From IMG/VR virus record IMGVR_UViG_3300036770_002724, positions 75,037 through 139,036 of that record: a DNA stretch of 64,000 nucleotides. One strand, written 5' to 3'. Positions 18,170 through 28,600 of the stretch are shown piece by piece. Both the position numbers and the translations under genes were made by a program. The DNA is from a virus. Every line of letters begins with the position of its first letter. Position 1 is the stretch's first letter. The notes under the pieces are model-generated. The model did no database searches and was not told the origin of the DNA. It saw nothing but the letters and a program-made list of their open reading frames with translations.

Positions 18170-19315
18170 ATGACCCTCACACTACAGGCACTAGAGAAAG
18201 CACTTGATACCATTGGCTCCGTCGGCAAAGGCGAGATTGCCTTTGATGTCGCCGGTACGTCCGTTGTTCTTCGGATCATTCCCCCTGAAGAGGAAGCCCT
18301 GATTCACAGGCAAGCCTCTCAGATGATCGTCGCTGACGAGTCCGGGAAGCAAGATCAGTATTCCGCTTTGGCCTACATCAACGAGGTCAAAACCGGCATC
18401 GTCGCCCATGCTCTCATCGAGATCGATGGGATAGACCTCCGGGGCTCCCCGTTCATTGAGACAGGGGAGAAGCTCCCGAACGGCAAGGCGGTCAAGATTT
18501 CGCGTGCGGAGGCCATCCGCAAGATCATCCGGCAAAAGGAGTGGTCAAGTACGCTCCAGGCCATGATGTTCCGCAAATACGGCGAGTTGATCGAAGAGGT
18601 CGAACGCCAGGCGGAGAAGGCCATCGTCTTCAACCCTTCGGATCGACCTGCCGAGATCGACCGGCTGCGGAAGCGGCTTGAAGAACTTGAGGAGCAGGAG
18701 CGCCAAGCCAAGGAAGAGGGTGAAAAGACCGTAGGGACCGAGTTCGCCCGGAAGGTCCGGTCCATCGTCGCGATGGAGGACCGCGAGGAGTCCCCAGAGC
18801 CCCCCGTCCAGGAGGTCCCTCCCCAGCCGGAACCTCAACTACCGGAGCAGGAGCCTATGGGGGCGGCTCCCAGTCGTCGTCCCTTGATCCCGCAGAGGGC
18901 CACCCCTCCCGCCCCCGTGGCTCAGACGGTAGTCCCTGATAGCCCTCCCCCCCAAGTTCTTCCTGTGGTGGACGACTCGTTCCTCGACACGAGCGACTCC
19001 GATGAAGCGATGCGGGAAATCGAGGCAGAGAATCAGCGGTTGCTGCGGGCTCGCATGGGGGCGGGTCAAGCCCTATCCCCGGCCCCTGAGTCGGCGCTTA
19101 CGGCTCCGAGGGCAGCACGGCGTCCACCACACCTCGATGCCTTGGAGGCCAGTCAGCCAGACAGGAACTTTCTTGGTGGTCTGAACCAAGGGTCTTCTTC
19201 GCTCAAGGCTCCAGTAGAGGAGGTGTCGCGAGGCCCACAGCCGTCACGTCAGGTGTCGATCAACACGCCCGCCAAGGGTGGGTCGAATCCTCGGTTCAAG
19301 CCCACGGGTAGGTGA
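18170..19315 (+). CDS. Putative tail assembly chaperone 1 with long Pro-rich tail
   Basis: Position between tube and tape measure; GGAG before ATG 18170. Confidence 0.55.
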   Translation: MTLTLQALEKALDTIGSVGKGEIAFDVAGTSVVLRIIPPEEEALIHRQASQMIVADESGKQDQYSALAYINEVKTGIVAHALIEIDGIDLRGSPFIETGEKLPNGKAVKISRAEAIRKIIRQKEWSSTLQAMMFRKYGELIEEVERQAEKAIVFNPSDRPAEIDRLRKRLEELEEQERQAKEEGEKTVGTEFARKVRSIVAMEDREESPEPPVQEVPPQPEPQLPEQEPMGAAPSRRPLIPQRATPPAPVAQTVVPDSPPPQVLPVVDDSFLDTSDSDEAMREIEAENQRLLRARMGAGQALSPAPESALTAPRAARRPPHLDALEASQPDRNFLGGLNQGSSSLKAPVEEVSRGPQPSRQVSINTPAKGGSNPRFKPTGR

Positions 19316-20523
19316 GCCTCATGTCGCTTCTCCCGGAGACGACGGCGGCGCAACGGGATCCTTTTTACGAGGACGTCGAGTCCTTGTTGCTCCCGGGTTT
19401 TTTGTCTCATCCCGTCGTCGTCCAAGACACCCCCCTTTGTCTGCGGACCCTTGGGCCGGGTGACATGTTCGCCCTCAAGGCCCGGATGACCACGTTGAGT
19501 TCGGAGTGGCGAGCCTGGACCGTAGCCTCGTCAATCTGGATGATCAACGGGATCAGTCTGTTGGATGAGCCGGGTCTGGTTCCTCGATTGGCCGACACTG
19601 TCCGGTCGCTCCCAAAGAACGCCCAAGACATCCTGTTCGCCGTCATCGTCGGTTTGTTCGCGCGCCAGAACCGGGCGGGGACTTCCATCGAGTCCTACTG
19701 TTACGAGATCCAGTCCCGCTACCAATGGCGGTCCTTGAAGGGCACCAGTTTTCCGGACCATGCGGGCATACCGGGTGTCCAGCGGCTTGGGACGAACGTC
19801 ATCCAGCGGATGTGGTCGGCGTACAACATGTACGAAGACCAGCGGGAGCAAGATGACACCTTGTGGGAGGGCTTCAAGCTCTCCGCGTCTGCGATGTCAC
19901 CCAAGGGCATCCAGAAACTCGACCAAAGGGACAAGGAGCGACGCTCCAAGGAGAACCAGCGTCGCCAGGAGGTGATGGATCGGTTCTTCTACTGGAAGCT
20001 CGGGATCTTGGATACCCCGAAGACGTCCGGTGACCGTCGCAGGTCGCTCGATCACGGGTCTGGCGGGTCGAAGTCGGTCGAGGAACTAGAGGAGGAGATG
20101 CGGCGTTGGGTCAGCGGGGAAGAGGACTGGCACGACCGCGTTGTCCGCGAATACAAGCAGAAGATCGTCGCCCGGATCGAATCTGACAAGATCGAACAGG
20201 ACCGACGTATCGCAGCCCTACAAGCAGAGGCTGCGGCACAGGGTGCAGACCTGCGACCGAGTACGGCCCTTGTCGGCTACACCCCGGATCAGCTTACCAA
20301 TATCGTGGGGGATCGTCAGGTAGGTGCTCCTGGAACCCGCAGGGTCTCCTTGGGTGGCGGTCAGCAAGAATACCTCTATGAGAAGTACCTTGGGAGTGCT
20401 CTGACGCCGGGCAAGCTCAAGGTCGAGGGTGAGAAGCTCGTGGTGGAAGAGGACGCACAGCGGGCCAGTTTGTCCGAGCAGGTTGCTCAACGGCAAGTGC
20501 CCTTCACAAATGGGGGTAGCTAG
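19312..20523 (+). CDS. Putative tail assembly chaperone 2
   Basis: GTGA overlap with chaperone 1; precedes tape measure. Confidence 0.5.
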   Translation: MSLMSLLPETTAAQRDPFYEDVESLLLPGFLSHPVVVQDTPLCLRTLGPGDMFALKARMTTLSSEWRAWTVASSIWMINGISLLDEPGLVPRLADTVRSLPKNAQDILFAVIVGLFARQNRAGTSIESYCYEIQSRYQWRSLKGTSFPDHAGIPGVQRLGTNVIQRMWSAYNMYEDQREQDDTLWEGFKLSASAMSPKGIQKLDQRDKERRSKENQRRQEVMDRFFYWKLGILDTPKTSGDRRRSLDHGSGGSKSVEELEEEMRRWVSGEEDWHDRVVREYKQKIVARIESDKIEQDRRIAALQAEAAAQGADLRPSTALVGYTPDQLTNIVGDRQVGAPGTRRVSLGGGQQEYLYEKYLGSALTPGKLKVEGEKLVVEEDAQRASLSEQVAQRQVPFTNGGS

Positions 20524-20525
20524 CG

Positions 20526-23417
20526 ATGGCTTCATCGGCAGTACTGAATCTTCTTGTAACTCCCCAGTTCACCAATGATGCGAGCTATCTCAGGCTATGG
20601 AATAGGCTGGCGGGTAGGCAGGGGGATACTCTCCGTAAGAAAATTCAGGAGGCCGTCGGAGCGGCTACGACCAAGGGCTTTTCGATCCAAGCGGCGGATC
20701 GATATGGTCAGAGGCTATTGCAGCAAGCCTCCAGGATCTCGGACCTTCAGGAAGCTCAGATCCATCGGGACGCCGAGCTTGAGCGGAAACTCCAGAGTGA
20801 ACTTCTCAGCGACCGGGAGAAGCAGACTCTACGAATTGAATACCTCCGTCACCAGCAGGAAATCGACAACCTTGAACGCAAGTTCAAGCGTGAGATGGAG
20901 GAAGCTGAGAAGATAGGTGACGCGATTGCGGAAAACGCCGCCAAGTCTTTCAGTGAGCGTTCCGAAGAAATAGGTGAAGGGATTTCGGGTGCCTTCCAAG
21001 ACGCTATGAAGGCGGACCTCAAGAGCTGGGGTGATCTGCTGAAAAGCGCAGGCCAACAAGCTCAAGTCTCTGGTGCCCAAATGGGGGACGCTGGTGGCAT
21101 CGGGAAGATGCTCGGACCCCTCCTCGGGAAGATCGGCAAGTTTCTTACCCTCGTAGGTCCGCTGCTCTCTGGGTTTGGTTCCATCCTGACCATGTTCTTT
21201 GAGCTAGACGCTGCCTTGAAGGAATTCAACAAAGAACTGTTTGATGGCGGGGCGGCGGCAGGCGAGTTGATAGACCAGTTCGGGGACATGGAGCAGAGCC
21301 TCGACAATGTTCGCGACGCTTTCACCAGCTTTGAGGGAATCAACATCAGTCGGTTGTATGGGACAACCGCCAAGGAAAACGCCAAGATCATCGGTCAGTT
21401 CGCCGCAGCCGGGCATACCTATCAGGAGTTGACCCACGGGATCCAGGACGCCACCAAGGCCCAAGAAAAGCTCCGTGACGCGACTGAGACAACGCTCATC
21501 TACTCCCGGCTCTTCGGTGAGGAGGCGGGGCAAATGTCGGAGCGGGTCTCTGACTACATGGAGTCTCTTGGCTACAGCCTAGAATCGGTCGCTCAGAGTC
21601 TATCCCAAGTCCACATGCAGGCCATGCAGTCGGGGTTCGGGATCAAGCGGTTCTTCACCCTGCTCAACCAGGCGACGGCGGACATGTCCATGTACAACGT
21701 CCGTCTGGAGGAGGCAGGTCAGCTTCTCGCTAATCTCGGGAAGGTCATGGGGGCTGAAGAAGCCGGACAGCAAGTCGCGGGCTTGACTAAGGGCTTTGCC
21801 GAGGAAAGCGTTGAGGCGAGGCGCAAGCGCATCTTGACCACGCCGGGGATGGCGGAGTTGATGAAGAGGAGTGCCGAAACTGCCTCTGACATGTTTGTCA
21901 AGAACCTTGAGACGGCCAGAGGCGGCAGTATACTCAAGGACGTGCTCACAGGGGCCGGGTTGGAGGTCACCCCTGGTGGTCTTGTCTCCGGATTGGGCGC
22001 CATGTCCAAGGAGGAACAGGCAAAACTGCTGGTAGAGGCCGGGAAGTCGGGGAACGACGATCTGGTGCGATCTCTCGAAGTCTTGATGAGGGCTTCGGCA
22101 GGGGCTACGGGATCTATGGAGGGCATGATTGCGGGTATGGGAGCCCTTGGTCCTGGAGCGAAGCTCGTCGCCATGATGACTCAGGGCATGGATATCTTCG
22201 GGGCGGGCAAAGCTCTGTACCAGTTCACCAGCGTCCAGAGGCAAGCCTTTGAGACCTTCACGGGCATCTCTGGTCAGCAGTACGAGCAGCTTTCCGCTCT
22301 CAGCAAGATGATGGAGGGTCGCTTCCTGAAGCTCCAGGAGGTCTTGAAATCGGGCGAGACCATGACTGAGGCTCAAGAAAAAGAGCTGATCAAGCTGACC
22401 GGCGCGACGATTGAAAACGGCAAGATCGTCCAGGCTGCCATCAAAGATGACCAGATCGTGAGAGGCAAGCGGGAGGTGAAGTCCTCCAACGACCTTCTGA
22501 TGATGGACGAAAGTATGTCCAACATCCTCGCGCAAGGTGTGGATCAGGACAAACTTCTCGCGCAACAGATGGCGAGCCGTGTCACGGAAATCTCCAAGAT
22601 CCTTGAGGTTGGGATCGAAGCGTTGCTTCTTCGGATCGCGGGGGCTGTAGACAATATCTGGTCCCACATCAGTTTCTCTGGCCTAGATGAAGACGAGAAG
22701 GCAAACCTCAGAGTCATCCTCGAAAAGCTGGAGGCCCGGACCAACGAACTCCGAAATCAGGAAGCAGAGACAACCAAAGAGCAAAGAAGAATCTCAAGTG
22801 AGATTGAGAGGGCGTCCCAAGCCGGAGATGTGGCGAAGATCACCGAACTGAAAAGTGAAGGCGATCTACTGGAAAAGAAACTCGGTCAGATCAGAACGCA
22901 GCAAGACATTATCGCTAAGGCTCGCAAAGAGGCTAGGGAGTCCAAAGGTCAGGGCATAGGCAGCAAGACCGTTGATGAATTCTCAGTAGCAATCACTAAA
23001 AAACTGAAGGAGACGGCTCGGGAAGAGGACGTCTATGAGGCTCTGGGGTCTATTGCTGCGAAAGCCCGCGAGGAATACCTGCCGGGTGAGACCTACTTGA
23101 TGCGACAGGAAAGACTGAGGGCAAGTGGTAGTCAACTCCCAACCGATAGTGCCCAAGGCATCCCTCCTGCACAAGACTTCTTGCTCCAGGTGGGTTCCGG
23201 TGGTCGGGTCAAGTTCGCTCAGAGGGTGGACGCGAACGACGTCGCCGTCCTGTCCAAACCGGGTGGCGCCATCGACCGAGCACGAGGTTCTGCTGCGATA
23301 GCAGGTACGGCTGCCGTCCCTGGGGCCGGGGGTGTGACCAACGTCTTCCACCTGTATAATGACGCTCCGGGCATAGTCAGCGCCATCGCCAAGGCGCAGC
23401 GCGCGGGGGTTCTCTAA
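20526..23417 (+). CDS. Tape measure protein
   Basis: 963 aa, helical Ala/Gly/Gln-rich, canonical position. Confidence 0.8.
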   Translation: MASSAVLNLLVTPQFTNDASYLRLWNRLAGRQGDTLRKKIQEAVGAATTKGFSIQAADRYGQRLLQQASRISDLQEAQIHRDAELERKLQSELLSDREKQTLRIEYLRHQQEIDNLERKFKREMEEAEKIGDAIAENAAKSFSERSEEIGEGISGAFQDAMKADLKSWGDLLKSAGQQAQVSGAQMGDAGGIGKMLGPLLGKIGKFLTLVGPLLSGFGSILTMFFELDAALKEFNKELFDGGAAAGELIDQFGDMEQSLDNVRDAFTSFEGINISRLYGTTAKENAKIIGQFAAAGHTYQELTHGIQDATKAQEKLRDATETTLIYSRLFGEEAGQMSERVSDYMESLGYSLESVAQSLSQVHMQAMQSGFGIKRFFTLLNQATADMSMYNVRLEEAGQLLANLGKVMGAEEAGQQVAGLTKGFAEESVEARRKRILTTPGMAELMKRSAETASDMFVKNLETARGGSILKDVLTGAGLEVTPGGLVSGLGAMSKEEQAKLLVEAGKSGNDDLVRSLEVLMRASAGATGSMEGMIAGMGALGPGAKLVAMMTQGMDIFGAGKALYQFTSVQRQAFETFTGISGQQYEQLSALSKMMEGRFLKLQEVLKSGETMTEAQEKELIKLTGATIENGKIVQAAIKDDQIVRGKREVKSSNDLLMMDESMSNILAQGVDQDKLLAQQMASRVTEISKILEVGIEALLLRIAGAVDNIWSHISFSGLDEDEKANLRVILEKLEARTNELRNQEAETTKEQRRISSEIERASQAGDVAKITELKSEGDLLEKKLGQIRTQQDIIAKARKEARESKGQGIGSKTVDEFSVAITKKLKETAREEDVYEALGSIAAKAREEYLPGETYLMRQERLRASGSQLPTDSAQGIPPAQDFLLQVGSGGRVKFAQRVDANDVAVLSKPGGAIDRARGSAAIAGTAAVPGAGGVTNVFHLYNDAPGIVSAIAKAQRAGVL

Positions 23418-23420
23418 GCC

Positions 23421-24119
23421 ATGTTGCCGGGAAGTCGCAGCAAAAGCGCGCCGGTATTCCGAAGTGCCTTTATGAGCCCCGACGATGGGGCCACAGGGCT
23501 CGGTATCCGTCCCGTCGTTTTCGACATCCTTGCTCCTGATATGGAGACCAGCATCCTCCCTCCCGACATCCGCATGGTCCTCCACGTCAATCCGAACTCG
23601 ATGGCCCTCCAGTACGAGAAGGCCATTGAGCGGATCCAGACGAAGGGGGGCTATGTCGAGCAGCACTGGGGCGAAGGCTCGAAGTCCATCGACTTCACCG
23701 CAGCGACCGGGGGGTTCAAGCGGCTTTACACGGGCCTGTCTCACATCACCGGAGGCGGGATTGACGTCGGCGGGACACGCCGTGAAACCATCGCTTACGA
23801 CAAGTACCTGGATTTCTTGGCTCTGTTCCACAACAACGGGTCGGTCTATGACACCACGGGCCAGATCGTTTTCCAGGGAATCATCAAGGTTCTCTTCGAC
23901 GGGGGGATCTACCTCGGCTGGTTCAACAACTTCGTCGTCACGGAGACTGCCGAAAAGGGCTTCATGTTCGAGCTAACCGCCAGCTTTGGCATCAAGCACG
24001 AGGTCTTGCGCCTCCGGTCGCTGCCGTACACGGCCCCCACTCCAGACCAGAGCCGTAATGGCTCCTTGGTCTCTCGTGCAGGAAACTTCGTCGGCGGTCT
24101 CTTCTCCGACGAGACGTAG
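23421..24119 (+). CDS. Baseplate tube-initiator-like protein
   Basis: LHVNPNSM...IQTKGGYVEQHWG...G.F..F...E.A...F.FEL. Confidence 0.6.
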   Translation: MLPGSRSKSAPVFRSAFMSPDDGATGLGIRPVVFDILAPDMETSILPPDIRMVLHVNPNSMALQYEKAIERIQTKGGYVEQHWGEGSKSIDFTAATGGFKRLYTGLSHITGGGIDVGGTRRETIAYDKYLDFLALFHNNGSVYDTTGQIVFQGIIKVLFDGGIYLGWFNNFVVTETAEKGFMFELTASFGIKHEVLRLRSLPYTAPTPDQSRNGSLVSRAGNFVGGLFSDET

Positions 24120-24128
24120 GAGCGAGTC

Positions 24129-25616
24129 GTGGTAATTCGTGTAGACTCCGTCGATTTCTCTGAGTCTGAGGGGGCTCGCATAGAGGTTCCACGACCCGCA
24201 GGGGCGTCTCCTGGTCGAATCGCCTCTCCGCCTGCGGCCCAAGGGGGGCCTCTTGCGGCCTCCCTTGGGGCTGATGCAAATGTCTCCACGCCTGACCCGC
24301 AGGCAGCACAGGCAGACCGGGTGGGTTCCGTGGCGGTCCCGGAGCGTGGTGGGACCACCCTCAATGCACAACGGGTGACGGAACCCTCGCCCCCTCTCGC
24401 TTACCAAGGGTTGCGAACCGGACCTGAACTACAGATCGAGTACGAAGCCCCTCAAGAACTGCCCGTGTCGGCAGCTTCCAACCTTCTTCGTAATCTGTCC
24501 CCCTTCGTCATCCAGGTCGAGCCTCCACTAGTCTTTGGAAATCTCCCGCCCCGTGAAGGTCGTGCGAAACGTCGCCTGGTGGGGATCTACGACTCTGCCG
24601 CCAATGCTTCGGCGTCTAGCTACAGCGCCGCACGGTCCCGTCTTGACCAAGAACCCTACGCGAGCCCTAGCTTTGGCGGGGCTACTGATGAGGTGCGGGC
24701 TCTCAACTCTACGGGGGTTCAGAAATCTAGTTCTAGTGATGGGCAGGCTCCCCCGGTATCGGCGGACGGCTCAGGGCGACTGGCGGCACCCGCCATCGCG
24801 GATCTCCAGACCGCTATGGACATCGCGATGCAGCTACGGGCGATTCGGGACACGCCTCCGCTTGTCCTGTTGATCAACCCCCAGAGCCTTCAGCGGACCT
24901 TCACCAAGGTCCAGCAGTACAGCGACCGATCTCGGTACGGGTACATCTTTCAGGCATGGGGTGAGGATCAGCCCAAGCTCGGGATCAGCGGCAAGGTCGG
25001 AGCCTACATATCAGGGACACGAGGCGTCCAGTTTGCCAGTCGCAGGGACTCTGCGGCTTGGCAGAACTTGATGACGCTTTTCCACGTCTACAAGAACAAC
25101 GGCTACATCTACGATACGATAGGCCGGTCGAACGCTCACCATCACGTTGGAGCCCTTTCCATCCGGTATGACCAATGGGTCTACTACGGGCACATGCAGT
25201 CATTCAGCTTCACGCTCGACGAGTCCAACGTCTATGGCGGGTTGACCTTTGAGATGCAGTTCGTGGTTTCGGCCATGCAGGATACGGCTCAGACCGTCAC
25301 GGCTGTGCAGCCTATGAGGGCTCCTACGCCAAGCTGGAGCGACCCTCGCTATACAGGACAAGGGAGTCGGGCTCGAAATGAACCTGGTGCCTACTACGGT
25401 TTCGAGTCCGAGGAGCCCATCCAGTACTCCCCACCTCCGACCGGATTCGAGGCGAGGACCGCATCCTCGGCGCGACCTACTTCGCAGCCGGTGAACAGTC
25501 AAGGTTTTCAGCCGGTAGTCTCGACTTCTCCGGCGCAACCACAACAGGCTCCGGCCAATAGCCGGTCCCTTCGCGTTCCCTTCACCTTGGCTCGGACGGG
25601 GGTCAACCTTCCATGA
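24129..25616 (+). CDS. Second tube-initiator-like paralog with disordered flanks
   Basis: LLINPQSL...YIFQAWG...YYGHMQSFSFT..E mirrors the previous gene. Confidence 0.55.
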   Translation: MVIRVDSVDFSESEGARIEVPRPAGASPGRIASPPAAQGGPLAASLGADANVSTPDPQAAQADRVGSVAVPERGGTTLNAQRVTEPSPPLAYQGLRTGPELQIEYEAPQELPVSAASNLLRNLSPFVIQVEPPLVFGNLPPREGRAKRRLVGIYDSAANASASSYSAARSRLDQEPYASPSFGGATDEVRALNSTGVQKSSSSDGQAPPVSADGSGRLAAPAIADLQTAMDIAMQLRAIRDTPPLVLLINPQSLQRTFTKVQQYSDRSRYGYIFQAWGEDQPKLGISGKVGAYISGTRGVQFASRRDSAAWQNLMTLFHVYKNNGYIYDTIGRSNAHHHVGALSIRYDQWVYYGHMQSFSFTLDESNVYGGLTFEMQFVVSAMQDTAQTVTAVQPMRAPTPSWSDPRYTGQGSRARNEPGAYYGFESEEPIQYSPPPTGFEARTASSARPTSQPVNSQGFQPVVSTSPAQPQQAPANSRSLRVPFTLARTGVNLP

Positions 25617-28600
25617 CGCTTGCCAACTCCCCTTATGTCGGGACGTGGAAGATCGACGGGAAGCGGCTCGTCCAGCACACCCCGGACGCTCTCGTTTACC
25701 TGAACGGGGATACTGCTCTTCCCGGTTGCCAGAAGTGTCATCGGCGCATCGACGTCCAGCAGTTTTTGACCGAGGTCGGTGTCGAGGCCGGGACGGAACC
25801 GGGAGGGGCGTCGGCCAACTTCAGCCTCACCGTCCCGATGCACCACACGGACAGCTTCGCTCGGGACGCCAAGTTCTTGTTGCGTCCTGGCTTGGAGGTC
25901 CACATCTACTACCGGGGCTACTTCCCTACGGATGGGATGTTTTCAGCCCTGGACAAGCCGACCATTCAGGCCGAGGTTCAGACTGGGACGACGGTCGTCG
26001 AAGAAGCCCAGCTTACCGAAGAAGAGCGAAAAGAGCGCGAACTCAAGCTCCAGCAGCAGCGAGAGCAAGAGGCCAAGGCACGTCAGCAGCAGGGCCGCAT
26101 ATCGGCGGAGTACGTCAATCCGCCCATCTTTGACCCGGAGAAGGGTTTGACGCGCCGAGACGTGAACGACTGGGCTCGCCGTCTCAACGTCACCGAAGAC
26201 ATGCTGATGGCGGCTATCGTCGTGAAGTCCGAGACGGAACGCCCCGACGAGTCGATCACGATTGCCCACACGCTGTTCAATCGCCAAGCGACGGGTCAGT
26301 ACCGGAATCCCCGGAACGGCGACAACTCCATCTGGTACATCGCCAACAAGGGCAACACCTATACTGCGGCTCAGGATGTTGGGTCTCGGGAGTATAGCAC
26401 CGGACGAATTCCGACCGGAAAGGATCTGGATCGAAGGCTTGCTTTGGTTGAAGACACCCTTCGTCAGCGCCAAAGGGGCGAGACTGCGGAGGCGGTCGTC
26501 AACTTCGTCCACAGCGACACCCAAGAGAAAGAGCACGCGGAATGGGTAGCCGGTGGAAGAAAAGGGACGCGCTATCGGAGCACGGCTGAAGTCTTGAAGT
26601 CTTGGGAAAAAGAGGGGCTGAGTCCTGTTTCCCTTGGCTACAACCCGAATCGGGTCATTTTCCTCTCCTCCAAGTACCAGAGAAGACGAGCGACCCCAAG
26701 CGCAGCCGCTTTCTTTGCGACTCAGGCGCTCGGACCTTACGACCCTACAGCGGCCCCCCCATTGGGGACTGTGGCGGAACCCGGAAAGCCCTATGTCCTG
26801 AAGCAACAGGTCGGAGACGCTGACCCCAAGCAGGGACCATCCCTTCTCGACACCCTCGGCTTGGGGGACTCTGGGATCGATGAGGTCATCGCTTACCCTT
26901 ACTACCATGTCTTTCATGGTGTTGTGACCCAGGTGACCTTCAACTACTCAGGGGGCTTTCAGAACATCACCGTTCAGTGCGGGTCGATCCTCCACTTCTG
27001 GTCGTACCAGCAGCTATCGGAAAACGCTTCCTTCCTCGGCGCGCGTCCCACCAACTCCAAGCTGAAGATGAGTCTCGTGGGGAGCAACTTCAGCGGCAAG
27101 CACCCCTACCAAGTTCTTTACGAGCTATACTCCGACGTAGGCGGAGCCGCTCACGGGGTGGGCTGGGCGCTCGGGTCTACGACTAACCAAGAGGCTCTGT
27201 CTTTCAACGGGGAGAGCCTGTTTTCCATCAACCTGAGCTACTGGGAAAAGCGGTTCAAGAGCCGGATGAACAAGCTCCGGCTCCACGGAGCTTCGGGAGA
27301 GCTTTTCAGTGCCGCTCAGGCAGCGTACCTGTCTCGACTCTCGACGACGGACCTCGTCAACCAGATCAAGAATCGCCATACGCTCGCCCAACCGGCCTCC
27401 AACGATGCCAAGGCTTTCCTCAACAACTCGTGGGCCTTGCACGTCAGGACCAAGGCTGCGCTAGACGCTTTCATCCAGCAGCAGCGAAGTCGCCCCCAAG
27501 GAGAGGCTCGGGAGGAGTCCCAGATCCAGGAGCTTTCCGAAGGGGAGCTTCAGGGGTCTTCGGCCAATCCGCAGGTCAACATCGCGGAGATGCAGCCCTT
27601 CCCCTTGGATCTCGGGAAGATAGGCCAGTTCGAGCTTTTTGAGTCCACCTACGTCTCGAAGCTCGACGTGGCCCAAAAGGTCATGGAGGTCACGGGCTTC
27701 GAGTTCTATCAGGACGTGGACGGGGATTTCGTCTTCAAGCCCCCCATGTACAACCTCGACACCAGTTCATCGCGCGTGTACCGGATCGAGGACATTGACA
27801 TCATCAGCATCAACTTCTCAGAGAAGGAACCCGAGGCGACGTATGTCACAGCCAAGGGGTCGCATTTCAAGAACCTCCAAGGGACGGGTCTCGAAAGCGA
27901 GTGGGGTGTTCGAGGTCAGTACATCGACTATCGCTTGGTGGCTCAGTTCGGGTGGCGACCGGGATCGCTGGATACGACGTACTTCAATGACCCCAAGTCC
28001 TTGTTCTTTGCGGCGGTCAACCGACTCGACATTATGAACGCCGGGGTCAACTCCGCATCCGCGACCATCCCTCTGCGTCCGGAGATGCGGCCCGGTTACC
28101 CCGTCTACATTCCGTATCTCGACTGCTACTACTACTGTCCGAGCTTCAGCCATTCCTTCTCGGTCGGGGGTTCGTGTCAGACCACCCTTCAGCTTGTCGC
28201 CAAGCGGTCAAAGTTCTTTGCGCCTGGTGTAGTGACCCCCGGCATCGAAGGGATTGACGCTATCGACCTCAGTCGTCCGGAACTGCCGGAACGCCCACTA
28301 CAGGTGATGGGCCAAGACGGGCGTCCTCGACTGTCCGGGTTTCCCAACGTCGTCATGGCGCTCGATCCGTACCGACTGAACCCCGCGTTCTTTTTGCTCG
28401 GGACGGACATTGATAACCTGTCTGACCCGGAGACGCTGCAAAACCTGCTCGACATGGCAGTCGAGTTTGGGGTCATCCGATTCGACGACAAGACGGGCTT
28501 CTACACCTACGAGGCCCTGGACGCCTCCTCTCAGCCCCAGAATGTCTACTTCAGCTTGCAGGCCCCCGGTAACAATCCGGACCCACGGCTACCAAGAGAG

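Noticed and set aside
18170-20523. Lambda G/GT-type programmed frameshift in tail chaperones
   Set aside because: Two separate ORFs with a GTGA start/stop overlap and no slippery heptamer seen at the junction
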